Below are positions 27,206 to 37,799 of a stretch of DNA of 54,121 nt, in pieces (the first letter of the stretch is position 1; every line of letters starts with the position of its first letter). A program made the position numbers and the translations under genes. The notes under the pieces are model-generated. The model did no database searches. It was not told where the DNA came from and was given only the letters and a program-made list of their open reading frames with translations. The stretch is from a virus (taxonomy: Duplodnaviria > Caudoviricetes): the IMG/VR virus record IMGVR_UViG_3300042540_000560, positions 1-54,121 of that record, one strand, 5' to 3'.

Positions 27206-28483
27206 TTAGACTTGTAGTCCAGTGTCTTCTTCGGTCTGAGTCACGATGTCGGCTGAACCTCCTTCTGGAGGAAGGGAAGAAGAACCTTCCATTCCAATAT
27301 CTGCATCTTCTAGGGAGACCCGTTCAACAGAGTATTCTTTGGTTCTGAAGTTGACGAATGCTAAGTAGTCGAGGTTTTGGGTCTTGAAGTCGTAGATGGC
27401 ACTATCGCATAAGTGAGCTAGGGTGCTGTAGTAGAGCATCATTGGAACCTTACGTCCTGTAGCAGAACCCATACCGTTGTCATTCTGAGATTCAGTGACT
27501 TCGGGAGGGATGCCAAGTGCTTCTAAGATTTCGTATCTAAGCTTCTCAGGATACTCCATGAGTCCATTAGGAGTTATGTTTGCAGAGGGTGGAGTGTATT
27601 CCCACTTCTGTTGACCGGATGAAGTGTTAATGTCGTCTGGAAAGATTCGATAGCCACCAGTACGCATGTTGGACATCATCTTGATTGCTAAATCTAGGTT
27701 ATCGATTTCGGATTCACCTACTTTGGTTTTACCGATGGGGTAACGCATTTGACCACCATCGAAAGCATTCTTGATGTACCAAGTACGTCGAATGTCTCTT
27801 GCTCCGTAGCATACGTAGAGTTCGTGCCAAGGAATGCTAGCCCATGATAATCGAGATTCACCGAAGACTGGATTTACTTTTCGATTGTGGATGTGCCATA
27901 GGACTTTAGGGAATAGGAGTTCAGCACCATTCTCATAACCAGGGATGCCTTTAATGTTGGCACCTACCATTCGATGGTCTAGGAAGAGAGGTTTTACTGA
28001 GTCTGGGTGATTCCACTTCAGGTAATCGTATTCAATACGATTGGATTCAGTTTGTTTGTAGACTACTTGAGAACAAGAGAATCCCCATTCAATCGCGGAT
28101 AAAGCTTCATCAAGACCTACTGTCCAGAATCTTTTAAGAGTTTTTACGATGAAGTCTTGGAGTTCTTTGTTCTCTGATGATACTTTGTAAATGAACTGGG
28201 CACCGTTAGCTTTGAGAAGGTCAATCAAAGCTGGATTGCTGCTCTTTTCTTCTGGAATGAATACTGTGTTGTACTGGATAGGTCCTTTGAGCATTTGAAG
28301 ACCAAACCTAATACGCCCATCTTTGAGCATAGTAGGAATAATCATTTTGTTGAACATTGGAATGTTGTGCCCATACTGAGGATCGTATATGGGCTGAGGA
28401 GAGTTTCCAATGTATCTGACTGGACTATTAGCATAGACAGTCAACATTTCGTTGACACTTGAAGTTGGTTTGCGGCTTGCCAT
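27206..28483 (-). CDS. Portal protein (Mu gp29/DUF935-like)
   Basis: L.AIEWGFS..QVVY, PVFGESRL; 425 aa. Confidence 0.75.
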   Translation of the reverse strand: MASRKPTSSVNEMLTVYANSPVRYIGNSPQPIYDPQYGHNIPMFNKMIIPTMLKDGRIRFGLQMLKGPIQYNTVFIPEEKSSNPALIDLLKANGAQFIYKVSSENKELQDFIVKTLKRFWTVGLDEALSAIEWGFSCSQVVYKQTESNRIEYDYLKWNHPDSVKPLFLDHRMVGANIKGIPGYENGAELLFPKVLWHIHNRKVNPVFGESRLSWASIPWHELYVCYGARDIRRTWYIKNAFDGGQMRYPIGKTKVGESEIDNLDLAIKMMSNMRTGGYRIFPDDINTSSGQQKWEYTPPSANITPNGLMEYPEKLRYEILEALGIPPEVTESQNDNGMGSATGRKVPMMLYYSTLAHLCDSAIYDFKTQNLDYLAFVNFRTKEYSVERVSLEDADIGMEGSSSLPPEGGSADIVTQTEEDTGLQV

Positions 28484-28484
28484 G

Positions 28485-29008
28485 TTATGATCCTGCTAGT
28501 TTTTGATTCTCAATTGATTCTTGAAGTAACCATTGATTCTGAATACGGTCTGCTAACTTCTCATCATTGTAGGCAAGAATGAGAAGGTCTTTGATTGATG
28601 CAGCATCTATGCGTTTTAGTTCATTAATCTTCTCTCTAGCTTGGATTACTGGCATTACCCATTGGAGAAGCTTTAGTTCTCGAATAGTTAGTCCAGTTGG
28701 TCCGACTCCATAGAATCTAATTGCCTCTGCAATAGGGATGATTTTTTTTTAAGATCGACAAGCATCTCGTTTGCTAAGTTAAATAAAGAGAGTGCTGCTC
28801 CTTTACTACCTAGTTGAACTTTAGTTTTGTCATAGATTAGATCGATGAGCAGTTCCCATCGATCTTTAGATAGTTTTTCAGCTTGGTCATATGCTTCTTG
28901 GTAAAGACTAACTACGTCTACAGCTTCGATAGACCCAACAAGGTTACTATTGTTGTCTCGAAGATTGATGACTGAATCGTCTAGTTCTGGAATTGAAAAA
29001 TCTGCCAT
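28485..29008 (-). CDS. Tail assembly chaperone with predicted -1 frameshift (short form 28688..29008, long form to 28485)
   Basis: T AAA AAA AAA slippery site at 28742-28751; -1 frame open for 85 codons. Confidence 0.75.
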
Positions 29009-29031
29009 AGCTACACTTTTTTTTGGAAGGG

Positions 29032-31551
29032 TTAGGAAAACTCAGAAGATTGAGTTGTACGGAACCCAATACTAGCACATACAGGGTCACCGAGCAAGGC
29101 ATAGGTAACGTTCCAGCTTGCTTCAAATACTGGTAGATCGACTGACATATTAGCTAGTTTATGAGTCCACTCAGATACACCAACTCGGTAGGCTTTTACT
29201 AATGGAGTACTTAGACCGTCTGGCACAGTACCCCCATTAGCGAATCTTGTTTGAACTCCAACTAATGAAGGAGTTGGAATAGGATAACCTATTCGCATAG
29301 CAGACCCTACACACCTTACGTAAGTTATTGGGGCACCGAACGATTGAACATTGTGGTATTTGTAAGGACTGTCTGTTGAATCTGGGTTAGTTGGATATCC
29401 TCCTTGGTCTCCAGTTTCTCCTGTGATAGAAAAGTGACGATAACTACTTTTAGTAGAGTCAGGACGATGAGTATTATTGTGTCTACTGGAAGGATCTTGA
29501 CTTTGAATAGTTGGAACTAAGACTGAGTTTTCATCTCTGATGACTTCAAACTGCATGTCATAACTAAGCCAAGTAAGTTTAGGATCAGTAGTCTTTAACC
29601 ATGATGCCATGTTTGTTTGGGTGCCTGGGTACCCTTCAAAGTTAGTAGCTGGATTTTGTGTGTCTTGAATAGGTACTCCCGTTACCTTTTTAGGGTCAGC
29701 TACTTGGTTTTGTAATGTACTTGATTTTGGAAAGTTTAAGTCTTGAAATACATGAAGATGGTGATTTCTTCGGTATTGAGCAAGATTAGAAATGTTGTCT
29801 GTACCTGGATTAGAATTATCAGCAACATTAGGAAGAACTCTTTCTGGGGTTCTGTTAGTGTTGAACCCTTTAGCTGTAGCTGTTGGTCTATTGTCATCAA
29901 TTGCATCATACGGATTAAAAATTACATCATATCCAGGTAACAAAGGACCACGATATCCAAATACGTTTTGGGTGTTAGCTAAGTACTGTCTTGAGTACTG
30001 CCATTGAGTTGAGTAACCAAGAGGAGTTGGTATGTATGCTCCTGTGTCTGGGTCTATCAAAGGATCAGGTACAGTTCCAAATGCGTCTGGATAAGTACCG
30101 TTGTTATTTTGGTTCTCTGTCCAAGCGATGTAAACTGGACTGAATAGTCCAGTGTGTTTGAATAGATTATTTAATGAAGTTAAAACCAAATATCCGAAAG
30201 TAAAATCTACTTTACGATCATAGATGTTTTCTTTGATACGTATTTTGTGAAGTAAGTGTCTTGGCTTTTCTTTAGTCTCTGGGACTAAGTTTTGATTTTG
30301 ATTGGCAGTTACTTCATCTTTAACGTTGACTTTGTTAGCATCATCTACAGAAATTGGTTTACTAAGGTTTATTCGTTGTTGGACTATGCACATCATTGCA
30401 ATCCATGCCCAACCTTTCCATTTACCAGGAGCTACAGTAATTGTTCCTTCTATAGTATTTCCCCAACTATAAAATCCAGCACCTCCAAATAAATCGTCAC
30501 TAAGAAGATCAGACGATACTTCATGAGATACTTCTGCTGATATGATATTTGGCATCAATGGATTGTCAGATTTTAATTCTGTATCGACTATGGTGTATTC
30601 AAGCTCTCGTTTGCTTTTACGAAATTTGTACTTTTGAGAACGAGTAAATCCAATTGGATGAAGTGGTTCAAAATAATGAGTCATTAACTGAATTAGTCTT
30701 GGAACTGCTGATGGATTACCTTTACGGTCTAATACTCCTATTCCTGAACTAGAGAACTCAATGACTCCAGTAAGGGTTACTATGACTGTGCCTTCTTCGC
30801 TTACAGTAAACTCTTGTTCTTCAGTAACAGAGAATACGTAATTACGTAATAATTCATCTCTAGTTGGGCTACCACCTAAACCAGAATCGTAAGTTAAGTC
30901 ATCAAATAAATCATTTAGTACAGAACTTAATGTTCTAAATTCAGAGTTAGTAGTAGTTGAATCCCAAAAAGAACCTGCGTATTGTCTTGATGCATTAACA
31001 TCTGTAGCATTTATTTCACCAGCAGTTTTTATGCGATCATTAAGGATTAGATTAAAGTTACATCTCCATCTACATTTAACTGCATTATTAAACCCAATAG
31101 GTTCCCAAGATAGTACTTCTGGAAAGGGACCATCAAACGTTTTGTACTGTAATAGGTTTGGGTACTTATATTCGTAAGTAATACCATTTGGCAATGTTGC
31201 TGGTTCTTCTTCCCCAAGAACATTAATTTGAACTCCTGCACCATGATGCCAGAAGATTAGTTTGCATTGAGGTCGCATTAGTTGCATACGGATAGTGTCC
31301 ATAGCAACATCTACGGAATTTGCTGCTTGTGGAAATGCAGTAGGATAACTAGGAATTATTTTTCCACTTACTAATGCTACCAGTTCTTTAGTTAAAATGA
31401 ACTCTGCTTCAACAGTACATCGAATGTATTTTAGAGTAACCCCATCTTCTGAATACACATTTTGTTGAGTTAATGAAGTCTTAGTGTAGCCTTTGAATAT
31501 GAAGTCTCCATACTGTAGAAATTCGTATTGGCATGACGGTGCTTCTGGCAT
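29032..31551 (-). CDS. Putative tail tip protein
   Basis: 839 aa, follows the tape-measure-like gene. Confidence 0.55.
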   Translation of the reverse strand: MPEAPSCQYEFLQYGDFIFKGYTKTSLTQQNVYSEDGVTLKYIRCTVEAEFILTKELVALVSGKIIPSYPTAFPQAANSVDVAMDTIRMQLMRPQCKLIFWHHGAGVQINVLGEEEPATLPNGITYEYKYPNLLQYKTFDGPFPEVLSWEPIGFNNAVKCRWRCNFNLILNDRIKTAGEINATDVNASRQYAGSFWDSTTTNSEFRTLSSVLNDLFDDLTYDSGLGGSPTRDELLRNYVFSVTEEQEFTVSEEGTVIVTLTGVIEFSSSGIGVLDRKGNPSAVPRLIQLMTHYFEPLHPIGFTRSQKYKFRKSKRELEYTIVDTELKSDNPLMPNIISAEVSHEVSSDLLSDDLFGGAGFYSWGNTIEGTITVAPGKWKGWAWIAMMCIVQQRINLSKPISVDDANKVNVKDEVTANQNQNLVPETKEKPRHLLHKIRIKENIYDRKVDFTFGYLVLTSLNNLFKHTGLFSPVYIAWTENQNNNGTYPDAFGTVPDPLIDPDTGAYIPTPLGYSTQWQYSRQYLANTQNVFGYRGPLLPGYDVIFNPYDAIDDNRPTATAKGFNTNRTPERVLPNVADNSNPGTDNISNLAQYRRNHHLHVFQDLNFPKSSTLQNQVADPKKVTGVPIQDTQNPATNFEGYPGTQTNMASWLKTTDPKLTWLSYDMQFEVIRDENSVLVPTIQSQDPSSRHNNTHRPDSTKSSYRHFSITGETGDQGGYPTNPDSTDSPYKYHNVQSFGAPITYVRCVGSAMRIGYPIPTPSLVGVQTRFANGGTVPDGLSTPLVKAYRVGVSEWTHKLANMSVDLPVFEASWNVTYALLGDPVCASIGFRTTQSSEFS

Positions 31552-31553
31552 GA

Positions 31554-33686
31554 TTATTTAAGTCCTTGTGGTCTATTTTTCATTAAACCTTTAAGTGGAT
31601 CAATCCAAGGCATTGCAGGTTTCTTCTTTTTCTTTTTAGATTCTTCACCATAGAATATGGAAGCTAGTCTAGCAAATGGTCCGAAAATTGGGTCAAACCA
31701 TTTAGTCCATTCCCTGAAGTAAGCTACACCAACACCTACTATTTTTACAGCATCAATCAACATGGACAGTAATGTTATGGTATCTAGTATGAATGGTTTG
31801 AATGCAATCATAAGTTCTACACTTACTTGGTACATTTTTTGTCGTAAAGTATTTGAAGCTGCATCCAATTCTGCAATTTCAGACCCATACTGTTTAGCAG
31901 TATTAAGTTGTAGTTGAAGCATAGCTAACTGATTGTCAAGTTTTTCTCCTAAAACTTCTGGAGAGAATGCAGTTATTCGTTCTGAAGTATTTTCTTCAAT
32001 TTGACTTAGTATGGAGGTTACCTCAAATGAAGCACCAGCAGCAGTACCTCCAGCAGCACCTAACGCTGAACCAGTACCTATACCTGCGGCTACCCCTGCT
32101 GGACCTCCAGGGATACCCATAATACCTCCAATAGCTCCTCCAATAAATGTACCCGTACCTTGAAGTCCTCCTGCCGTTGCACTAGCGACTTGACTTGCAG
32201 ATATTCCTCCTTTAGTTGTAGCTTGTGCTGCTGCTCCTAAAGATTTTTTAATTGGTTCTAACCCATTCATTAACAAGTTGTTTACCGCAAGAATAGCACC
32301 TATCGCATCAGTAGAACCTGAAGAAGATACTGGAGCGTATTTAAGGTTTGCTGCTGTTGGAGGAATGTTTGGAGGACCATTGTTAGGTGGTTGTCCTGCT
32401 GGACTAGCAGTAGTTCCAGTTGGAGGTTTACCTGATCCTCCACTTCCTGCTGCTTCCATTAACTGTTTAAGTTGTTCAGCAATACGTTCTCTGTTTGATT
32501 TTGTAATCGAAGGACCTTTAACAGAACCTCCTTCGGCTGAGAAAAACGTTTGAGATATAAACTTCTTTAGATCATCTGGAATGTTTTGATTCTGTTGAGT
32601 AAAGTAATCTGATAACTCTTTTCCTGTTTTACGTTCTCCACGTAGGAATGCTGCTCTAAAGTTAAATAGAGGGTCTGAGTATGACCCTGGGGCATATGTG
32701 CTACTACTCTTCGCGGGGAAGATTCCTGCTAAATTTTCTGGAGGAAGAAAAGAAGATGTAGGTGTTGATGGAGTGATCTTGGGGCGTAAATCTTCCGGTA
32801 GGAACTTACCTTGTTGGGATCGATACCTATCGATGATCTCTTCCCGAGTGAGTTCGGGTTTAACAGGCATGTACTTCTTAATGTCTTCTTTGACTACTGA
32901 GAACAAACGTTTTGACTCAGGTCGGTATTCTACTGGGGAAGCTTTCTCTTGCTCTTTCTTGGTGATGAACTCTTGAGCGACGTTGAATGCTACTTGAGAA
33001 GCTACTTGTTCCCATTGAGTGCGAACTGCTTTGTCAAATTGTTTTTGGTACTGATTGAGGATGTCTTGTTCCTCTTTCTTTACCTTAGATAGACTTTGAT
33101 TGACTCTTTCGTTGTAACCTTCATTAAATCCTTTATTAGCAAGACCTTTTAAGTCTGTAGTTACTTTGGTTTCTGACTCTTTGAAGTACTGGTTTAATTT
33201 AGCTTCAGTTTCTTTTATTTCAGAAATCTTTTCTTCGTAGAAACTAATTAGTTGTTGATCTGGCTCATCAGATGCTTTTAGATTTTCTGCTCTTACTTGA
33301 GCAGTTGTTCCAAGAAGATTAGCTTGATTAAGAACTCCAGTTTGAAGGTCTTTTAAGAACTTTAGTTGACGAACTGATTCGTCTTCTATAACTTTTGTAA
33401 GAGCTTGTTGATCTTTGGCTTTTTTACCTTTAAGAGCTACGTCTCTAGTAAGTGCAGGAGTTAAGATAGACTCTTTGTTTTTGAAAAACTCTGTATTGAA
33501 TGTACGTAGAAAGTTTTCAATACGAGCATTGAAGAGAGGGTCAGGCCCTAGTGTTTTATAGTCAGAGAAACTAGGAGCAGTTGGAGTTCCAACTGTAGAC
33601 TCTGATTGTAACTGAGATTTAGGAATGCTAGCAGGATCAACTACGTTTAAGTCAACTTCGATTTTGAAATTATTCTTTTTAGCCAT
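31554..33686 (-). CDS. Tape measure-like protein
   Basis: Coiled-coil N-terminus, Gly/Ala-rich hydrophobic segment, follows tail tube. Confidence 0.6.
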   Translation of the reverse strand: MAKKNNFKIEVDLNVVDPASIPKSQLQSESTVGTPTAPSFSDYKTLGPDPLFNARIENFLRTFNTEFFKNKESILTPALTRDVALKGKKAKDQQALTKVIEDESVRQLKFLKDLQTGVLNQANLLGTTAQVRAENLKASDEPDQQLISFYEEKISEIKETEAKLNQYFKESETKVTTDLKGLANKGFNEGYNERVNQSLSKVKKEEQDILNQYQKQFDKAVRTQWEQVASQVAFNVAQEFITKKEQEKASPVEYRPESKRLFSVVKEDIKKYMPVKPELTREEIIDRYRSQQGKFLPEDLRPKITPSTPTSSFLPPENLAGIFPAKSSSTYAPGSYSDPLFNFRAAFLRGERKTGKELSDYFTQQNQNIPDDLKKFISQTFFSAEGGSVKGPSITKSNRERIAEQLKQLMEAAGSGGSGKPPTGTTASPAGQPPNNGPPNIPPTAANLKYAPVSSSGSTDAIGAILAVNNLLMNGLEPIKKSLGAAAQATTKGGISASQVASATAGGLQGTGTFIGGAIGGIMGIPGGPAGVAAGIGTGSALGAAGGTAAGASFEVTSILSQIEENTSERITAFSPEVLGEKLDNQLAMLQLQLNTAKQYGSEIAELDAASNTLRQKMYQVSVELMIAFKPFILDTITLLSMLIDAVKIVGVGVAYFREWTKWFDPIFGPFARLASIFYGEESKKKKKKPAMPWIDPLKGLMKNRPQGLK

Positions 33687-33710
33687 GATTGAACCTATTA
33701 GTCATTAAAC

Positions 33711-33741
33711 AAAAGTAACCTAGCACGATTGCTAGGTTACT
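33711..33741 (-). terminator. Intrinsic terminator after tail tube gene
   Basis: AGTAACCTAGCA/TGCTAGGTTACT stem plus TTTT. Confidence 0.75.
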
Positions 33742-33781
33742 GTAGCTTTGATAAAGCATTTGACATATTACTGAATTTCAA

Positions 33782-34339
33782 TTAAGCAATAGTGTAGTAC
33801 TTTAAGAAGGTAGTGCAACTAGGACCTACACTTGAACCTGCTTCTGGCAATGGTTCAGGAGTTGGAAGTACTCGAAGAGTTACAGGAAGTTTTCTAAGTG
33901 CTGAAGAGTACAAAATGCTACTTGCTTCTGCTGCAAGAACGCAATTATGGAATGTGATGGAAGTTAAAGTTGATCCTGTTTGAGAGTTACCTACTGATTT
34001 GGCAGTTGATCCTGCACAAGGAGTAAGGACCAATGGTGCTGCCAAAGAAGATGTAAGCTTTCCAGCAATGCCTACCCAACCATGGTTTTCATTGTAAGTT
34101 TGGTCAGCATCGTGGTCATACGGCCAAACAAGTCTACGTACTCCTATTAAGTCAAGTTCCATCAAGACCATTCGGATTTGCATGTCGATACCTTGGAAGA
34201 CTTCGTCCATTACTCCACGATACTGGTCTGATCGAATTTCTTCTTGAACTCGGGTAGTGATTTGTTCAAACCCATTTTCAGTAGTTCCCAAAGGGTACCC
34301 AGCATAAGTAGCAGTAAAAGCACCAGTGATAAACGTCAT
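33782..34339 (-). CDS. Major tail tube protein (putative)
   Basis: LGTTENGF...I.SDQY...D.VFQG pattern; 185 aa; followed by terminator. Confidence 0.65.
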   Translation of the reverse strand: MTFITGAFTATYAGYPLGTTENGFEQITTRVQEEIRSDQYRGVMDEVFQGIDMQIRMVLMELDLIGVRRLVWPYDHDADQTYNENHGWVGIAGKLTSSLAAPLVLTPCAGSTAKSVGNSQTGSTLTSITFHNCVLAAEASSILYSSALRKLPVTLRVLPTPEPLPEAGSSVGPSCTTFLKYYTIA

Positions 34340-34890
34340 TTTGAGTTAAGCTCCTGTAACAGTGTTTGCCGTTGAATTACCATTTTACGAATTTTAGCCT
34401 CATCGTGCAAGCTTTTTAGCTTATCCAAGATTTCATTGGACTTTTGAGGGGTTAGTGTGTTTAGATCGATTTTTTTTACTTCTCCAACTTTAGCTTTGAA
34501 AGAGTTTTCTGGATTGTCTTCATCGATAAACTCAACCCCGTCTAAAGCTATTTCTAAAGCTTTAGTTTCTTTTTCGATTTCAAGTTTTTGTTTTTGAAGT
34601 TTGCACCATTCTAAACATTTGTAACAAGTTGCTGCTTTATGAAATCCAGTAGTGTGTTTTGGTAATTTTGGAGAGTTACAAGCTGATACAAGTTTAGTTC
34701 CACTTGGGGCAGGCAATGGGGTGTTCTCTGGAATGACATTCACTACATGGAATGTTGGTTCTAAATTTGATGGAATTAGTAAGCAAATGTTTACTAGCTC
34801 ATGAAAGTTTGCATTTTCGCAACAAGAGGCTAAACGCTTGGATGGGGCGTAGACTCGCTTTCGGCAGATGGAACAATCGAACGGGTACAT
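34336..34890 (-). CDS. Hypothetical Cys-containing protein
   Basis: CxxC motifs. Confidence 0.65.
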   Translation of the reverse strand: MYPFDCSICRKRVYAPSKRLASCCENANFHELVNICLLIPSNLEPTFHVVNVIPENTPLPAPSGTKLVSACNSPKLPKHTTGFHKAATCYKCLEWCKLQKQKLEIEKETKALEIALDGVEFIDEDNPENSFKAKVGEVKKIDLNTLTPQKSNEILDKLKSLHDEAKIRKMVIQRQTLLQELNSK

Positions 34891-34946
34891 GAGGGGGTAT
34901 CCTTCTATGCAATGCGGAATTTAATAATTGGGGTGTCGGAATAAAT

Positions 34947-35552
34947 TCAGCATTGCACACGGTAGAGGCGACTGGGGGCTAGGAACCGACAGGCATAGGT
35001 GTGACCTGCCGGACGAATCGATGATGATTCTACTCCATCAGTAGCGTTAAAGTAATCAGGATATTTTGGATTTGGTTCTGCATCACAACTAAGGTATTCA
35101 TAACCATCACCGAAAGAATAACCAGTAGTTAGTAAGGTAAAAACTGAATCTGGATAGCTCTTGACATTCTTTTCTATGTAAGCTATAATACTGTTGTTTT
35201 CACTACTAAATAACTTAGATATAACTGTTATAACTATATCTTTAATTATATTAAGAGATAAATACTCTTTAGTTAAATAGTAACTAAGTCTGTCTGTTGG
35301 TGCTAATCTAGTTCTAGCTCCACAAATAACATCAAAAGCAACTCTATCTACTACGTAGTTAGATGGTCCTTCTGTTTTAGCTCCAACAATGTTCTCTCTG
35401 TCTTTACAGTAGATTAGTACGAAGAACTGTCCTACTGTGGGTGGTGGTTCATCTTTGGATGTGACGTAGATGCTGTCCGTACCTAAGATGTCTCTTAGTG
35501 GGGATTCCTCTAACTTAGCTTTTACGATGTCTAAGACTGCTTTCTCGTACAT
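34947..35552 (-). CDS. Putative tail completion/terminator protein
   Basis: Position after neck genes. Confidence 0.5.
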   Translation of the reverse strand: MYEKAVLDIVKAKLEESPLRDILGTDSIYVTSKDEPPPTVGQFFVLIYCKDRENIVGAKTEGPSNYVVDRVAFDVICGARTRLAPTDRLSYYLTKEYLSLNIIKDIVITVISKLFSSENNSIIAYIEKNVKSYPDSVFTLLTTGYSFGDGYEYLSCDAEPNPKYPDYFNATDGVESSSIRPAGHTYACRFLAPSRLYRVQC

Positions 35553-36094
35553 TATTCTTCTTTCATCCTGTCCAGAAATGAGGGGGGTACAGGGGGGGTG
35601 CCTTTGAACCCTTTTCGTCTAAGGTAGTTGTAGAATAAGGGTAAGGCTTTATTAAGTGCTTCAGTCAGTAAGGAGTCTAAGTTTAGTACGAAAATGGGTC
35701 TAACCGCATCAACAGCATCAGCATATGGTACCTCAATCTCAACTGAGATGTTTTTGGTGGTAACCTCTACTGATTGTCCTGGAGGGGGAAGATAACGTCC
35801 ATTTCTAAAGTACCCAGGTTTCATAGCTTGCAACAATTCTCTAGTACGAATGTTGATAGCTACTTTACCTGAGTAGAGTATTTTCTTTCTTTGTTTCCAT
35901 TTAAGTGTTTTTTCTTTTAATGGTGCCCATTCATCTCCAAATGAATCTGAACCAGTTTGAGCCTTTTGAATGAAGGCTGTATAGTTCAACTTCATGGCAT
36001 GATAGAGAACCAAGTTGTTCAAATAAAGAACTAAATCTTGGTTCTCTTTAGCAGTTGGTGATCTACTTATTGAAATCCTTTTTCCTACAACCAT
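35552..36094 (-). CDS. Virion morphogenesis protein (Mu gpG-like)
   Basis: G.D..G..WAPLK..T...K...VPYA...RP. Confidence 0.65.
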   Translation of the reverse strand: MVVGKRISISRSPTAKENQDLVLYLNNLVLYHAMKLNYTAFIQKAQTGSDSFGDEWAPLKEKTLKWKQRKKILYSGKVAINIRTRELLQAMKPGYFRNGRYLPPPGQSVEVTTKNISVEIEVPYADAVDAVRPIFVLNLDSLLTEALNKALPLFYNYLRRKGFKGTPPVPPSFLDRMKEE

Positions 36095-36585
36095 AGGAAT
36101 GGAATCATCCTATTTAGGAACTGTCCACCTACAGAACGAGTTGAGGTAATGGCATCTACCCGAATTGGGCTGAATGGAAATCTGTTGTCAGAGGATACGT
36201 TTTGGAATACTGCAACAGTGTTTCCAGAACGAGGTAGCTCTGACAAGTATAGTTCACCATCAGCTATTTGTTCGAGATCAGACATTGACTCAATGTACTG
36301 CTCTTGATAAAGAGATGGATTGCCTCTACGAATGGATAAGAGATAGCAACCAATGATAGTTGCTATCTCTCTCACTCTTGGTGATTGAGCTAGGTTTACG
36401 TCATCGAAGGACTTATTAAGTACTTGTTTGACTCGACCAGTAGCTCTTTCAATGATTTCGTAAAGCATCTCTTCATTGTCAGAAACATCGTCTGTATGGA
36501 GCAAAGCACCATCCTCAGAGAGGAGGCGTTCCATCTCCTCTTCTGAAGTAAACAGGTATGGGTATCTCTGACCTTGAAGTGCCAT
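36085..36585 (-). CDS. Head-tail adaptor (Mu gp36-like)
   Basis: Follows MCP; IERAT..V...Y...L.QIADG. Confidence 0.65.
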   Translation of the reverse strand: MALQGQRYPYLFTSEEEMERLLSEDGALLHTDDVSDNEEMLYEIIERATGRVKQVLNKSFDDVNLAQSPRVREIATIIGCYLLSIRRGNPSLYQEQYIESMSDLEQIADGELYLSELPRSGNTVAVFQNVSSDNRFPFSPIRVDAITSTRSVGGQFLNRMIPFLWL

Positions 36586-36588
36586 CTA

Positions 36589-37764
36589 TTACAGTCCAGT
36601 TCGCCATACGTTGGCGTAGAAGAATGCATTAGGCATTGGAAGGATTGGAACGTAGTTCAAGAGCATCTTGACATCGAACCGTGGTGGATCGATTTCACGA
36701 GTACGCCATTGATGGAATCCGGTGATGGTACGAACATCGGATACTACGGTCTCTGCAACAGGTTCCATACCAGTTGCGAATCCAACCCAGTCTCCTGGAG
36801 GAGGAACAATCAAAGCGTATCCATCTGGAATCAAGGTCTTCCAGTTGTTAGCGTTGATTTGATTCGCCAAGTCAGGAACGACATTGTTGAGTACGAGACC
36901 TTCGTTGTAGATGTGGAAGGTATACTGTGGCAATGCTCGGAAGATAACCTTGTATGGACCGCTAGTTGGAGGTGTACCACCTTCAACAGGACGGTTGGAC
37001 AAGCTATCAAAGATGGTGAAACTGGTACCACCGACTTTAGACAACTGAGTGTTGTTAAAGAGGTGACGACCAGTGTTACCATTGAGAATGATATCCGTTG
37101 GTTGATAGCCAGAGACTCGGGCAGCAACTACGCTGATTTCATTCAAATGGTCAAGGATTGGGGAAGATGCTTGATCCCAACCTTCACCTGCACCGATGAT
37201 CCCACCAATGTCCCCAGTGTTACCAGCAGGGATTAGGTATTGGTTCTTGAGGATCGCATCTGCATCAGTGAGTTCACAGAGACGGAAACCCTCACCACCA
37301 TCACTCTTGAGTGCGAAACCACCTTGGAACATTTTGGAAACCATCCACTCAACAGCATTGGAGACCTGGGTCTTCAAGTGTTTAACTTGAGTAGCGATGT
37401 ATTTCTCTCCAGAAGCATCAACTGGAGTATTCAAACCAAAGCTACCAAGTTGACGAGTCATAAAGACCTTTTCGTCAGCAATGGTAGTCTTTGGGTGGAT
37501 ACGGTACAGAGATGCCATTGCAGTCCCAATAGGCTTAGGTCCAACTGAAGTTGGAGGGGCCATAGGTGCCGACAATGGAGCAATGGTACGAGTTGCTGCA
37601 ATCAAGTCATAACCGAAAGTACGTTGTTGGCTAACAACAACTGGGGTATCGGTTGGTTGAAGCTTGAAGTACCGTTGAAAGAATGATGCTGGAGTATGCA
37701 GTTGCTCATAAAGAGCAACAATTTGCGGTACTCGCATCAACTGGTCATATGACAATCCTGGCAT
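36589..37764 (-). CDS. Major capsid protein (lambda gpE-like)
   Basis: 391 aa after decoration gene; EWM...; DPP...P..PNA C-terminus. Confidence 0.8.
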   Translation of the reverse strand: MPGLSYDQLMRVPQIVALYEQLHTPASFFQRYFKLQPTDTPVVVSQQRTFGYDLIAATRTIAPLSAPMAPPTSVGPKPIGTAMASLYRIHPKTTIADEKVFMTRQLGSFGLNTPVDASGEKYIATQVKHLKTQVSNAVEWMVSKMFQGGFALKSDGGEGFRLCELTDADAILKNQYLIPAGNTGDIGGIIGAGEGWDQASSPILDHLNEISVVAARVSGYQPTDIILNGNTGRHLFNNTQLSKVGGTSFTIFDSLSNRPVEGGTPPTSGPYKVIFRALPQYTFHIYNEGLVLNNVVPDLANQINANNWKTLIPDGYALIVPPPGDWVGFATGMEPVAETVVSDVRTITGFHQWRTREIDPPRFDVKMLLNYVPILPMPNAFFYANVWRTGL

Positions 37765-37799
37765 TTGAGTATTCCTCTCTTAATGTGTTAATTAGTTAA

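Noticed and set aside
36574-37548. Long plus-strand ORFs opposite the capsid gene and other antisense ORFs
   Set aside because: Shadow ORFs of strongly coding minus-strand genes, with no motifs or RBS
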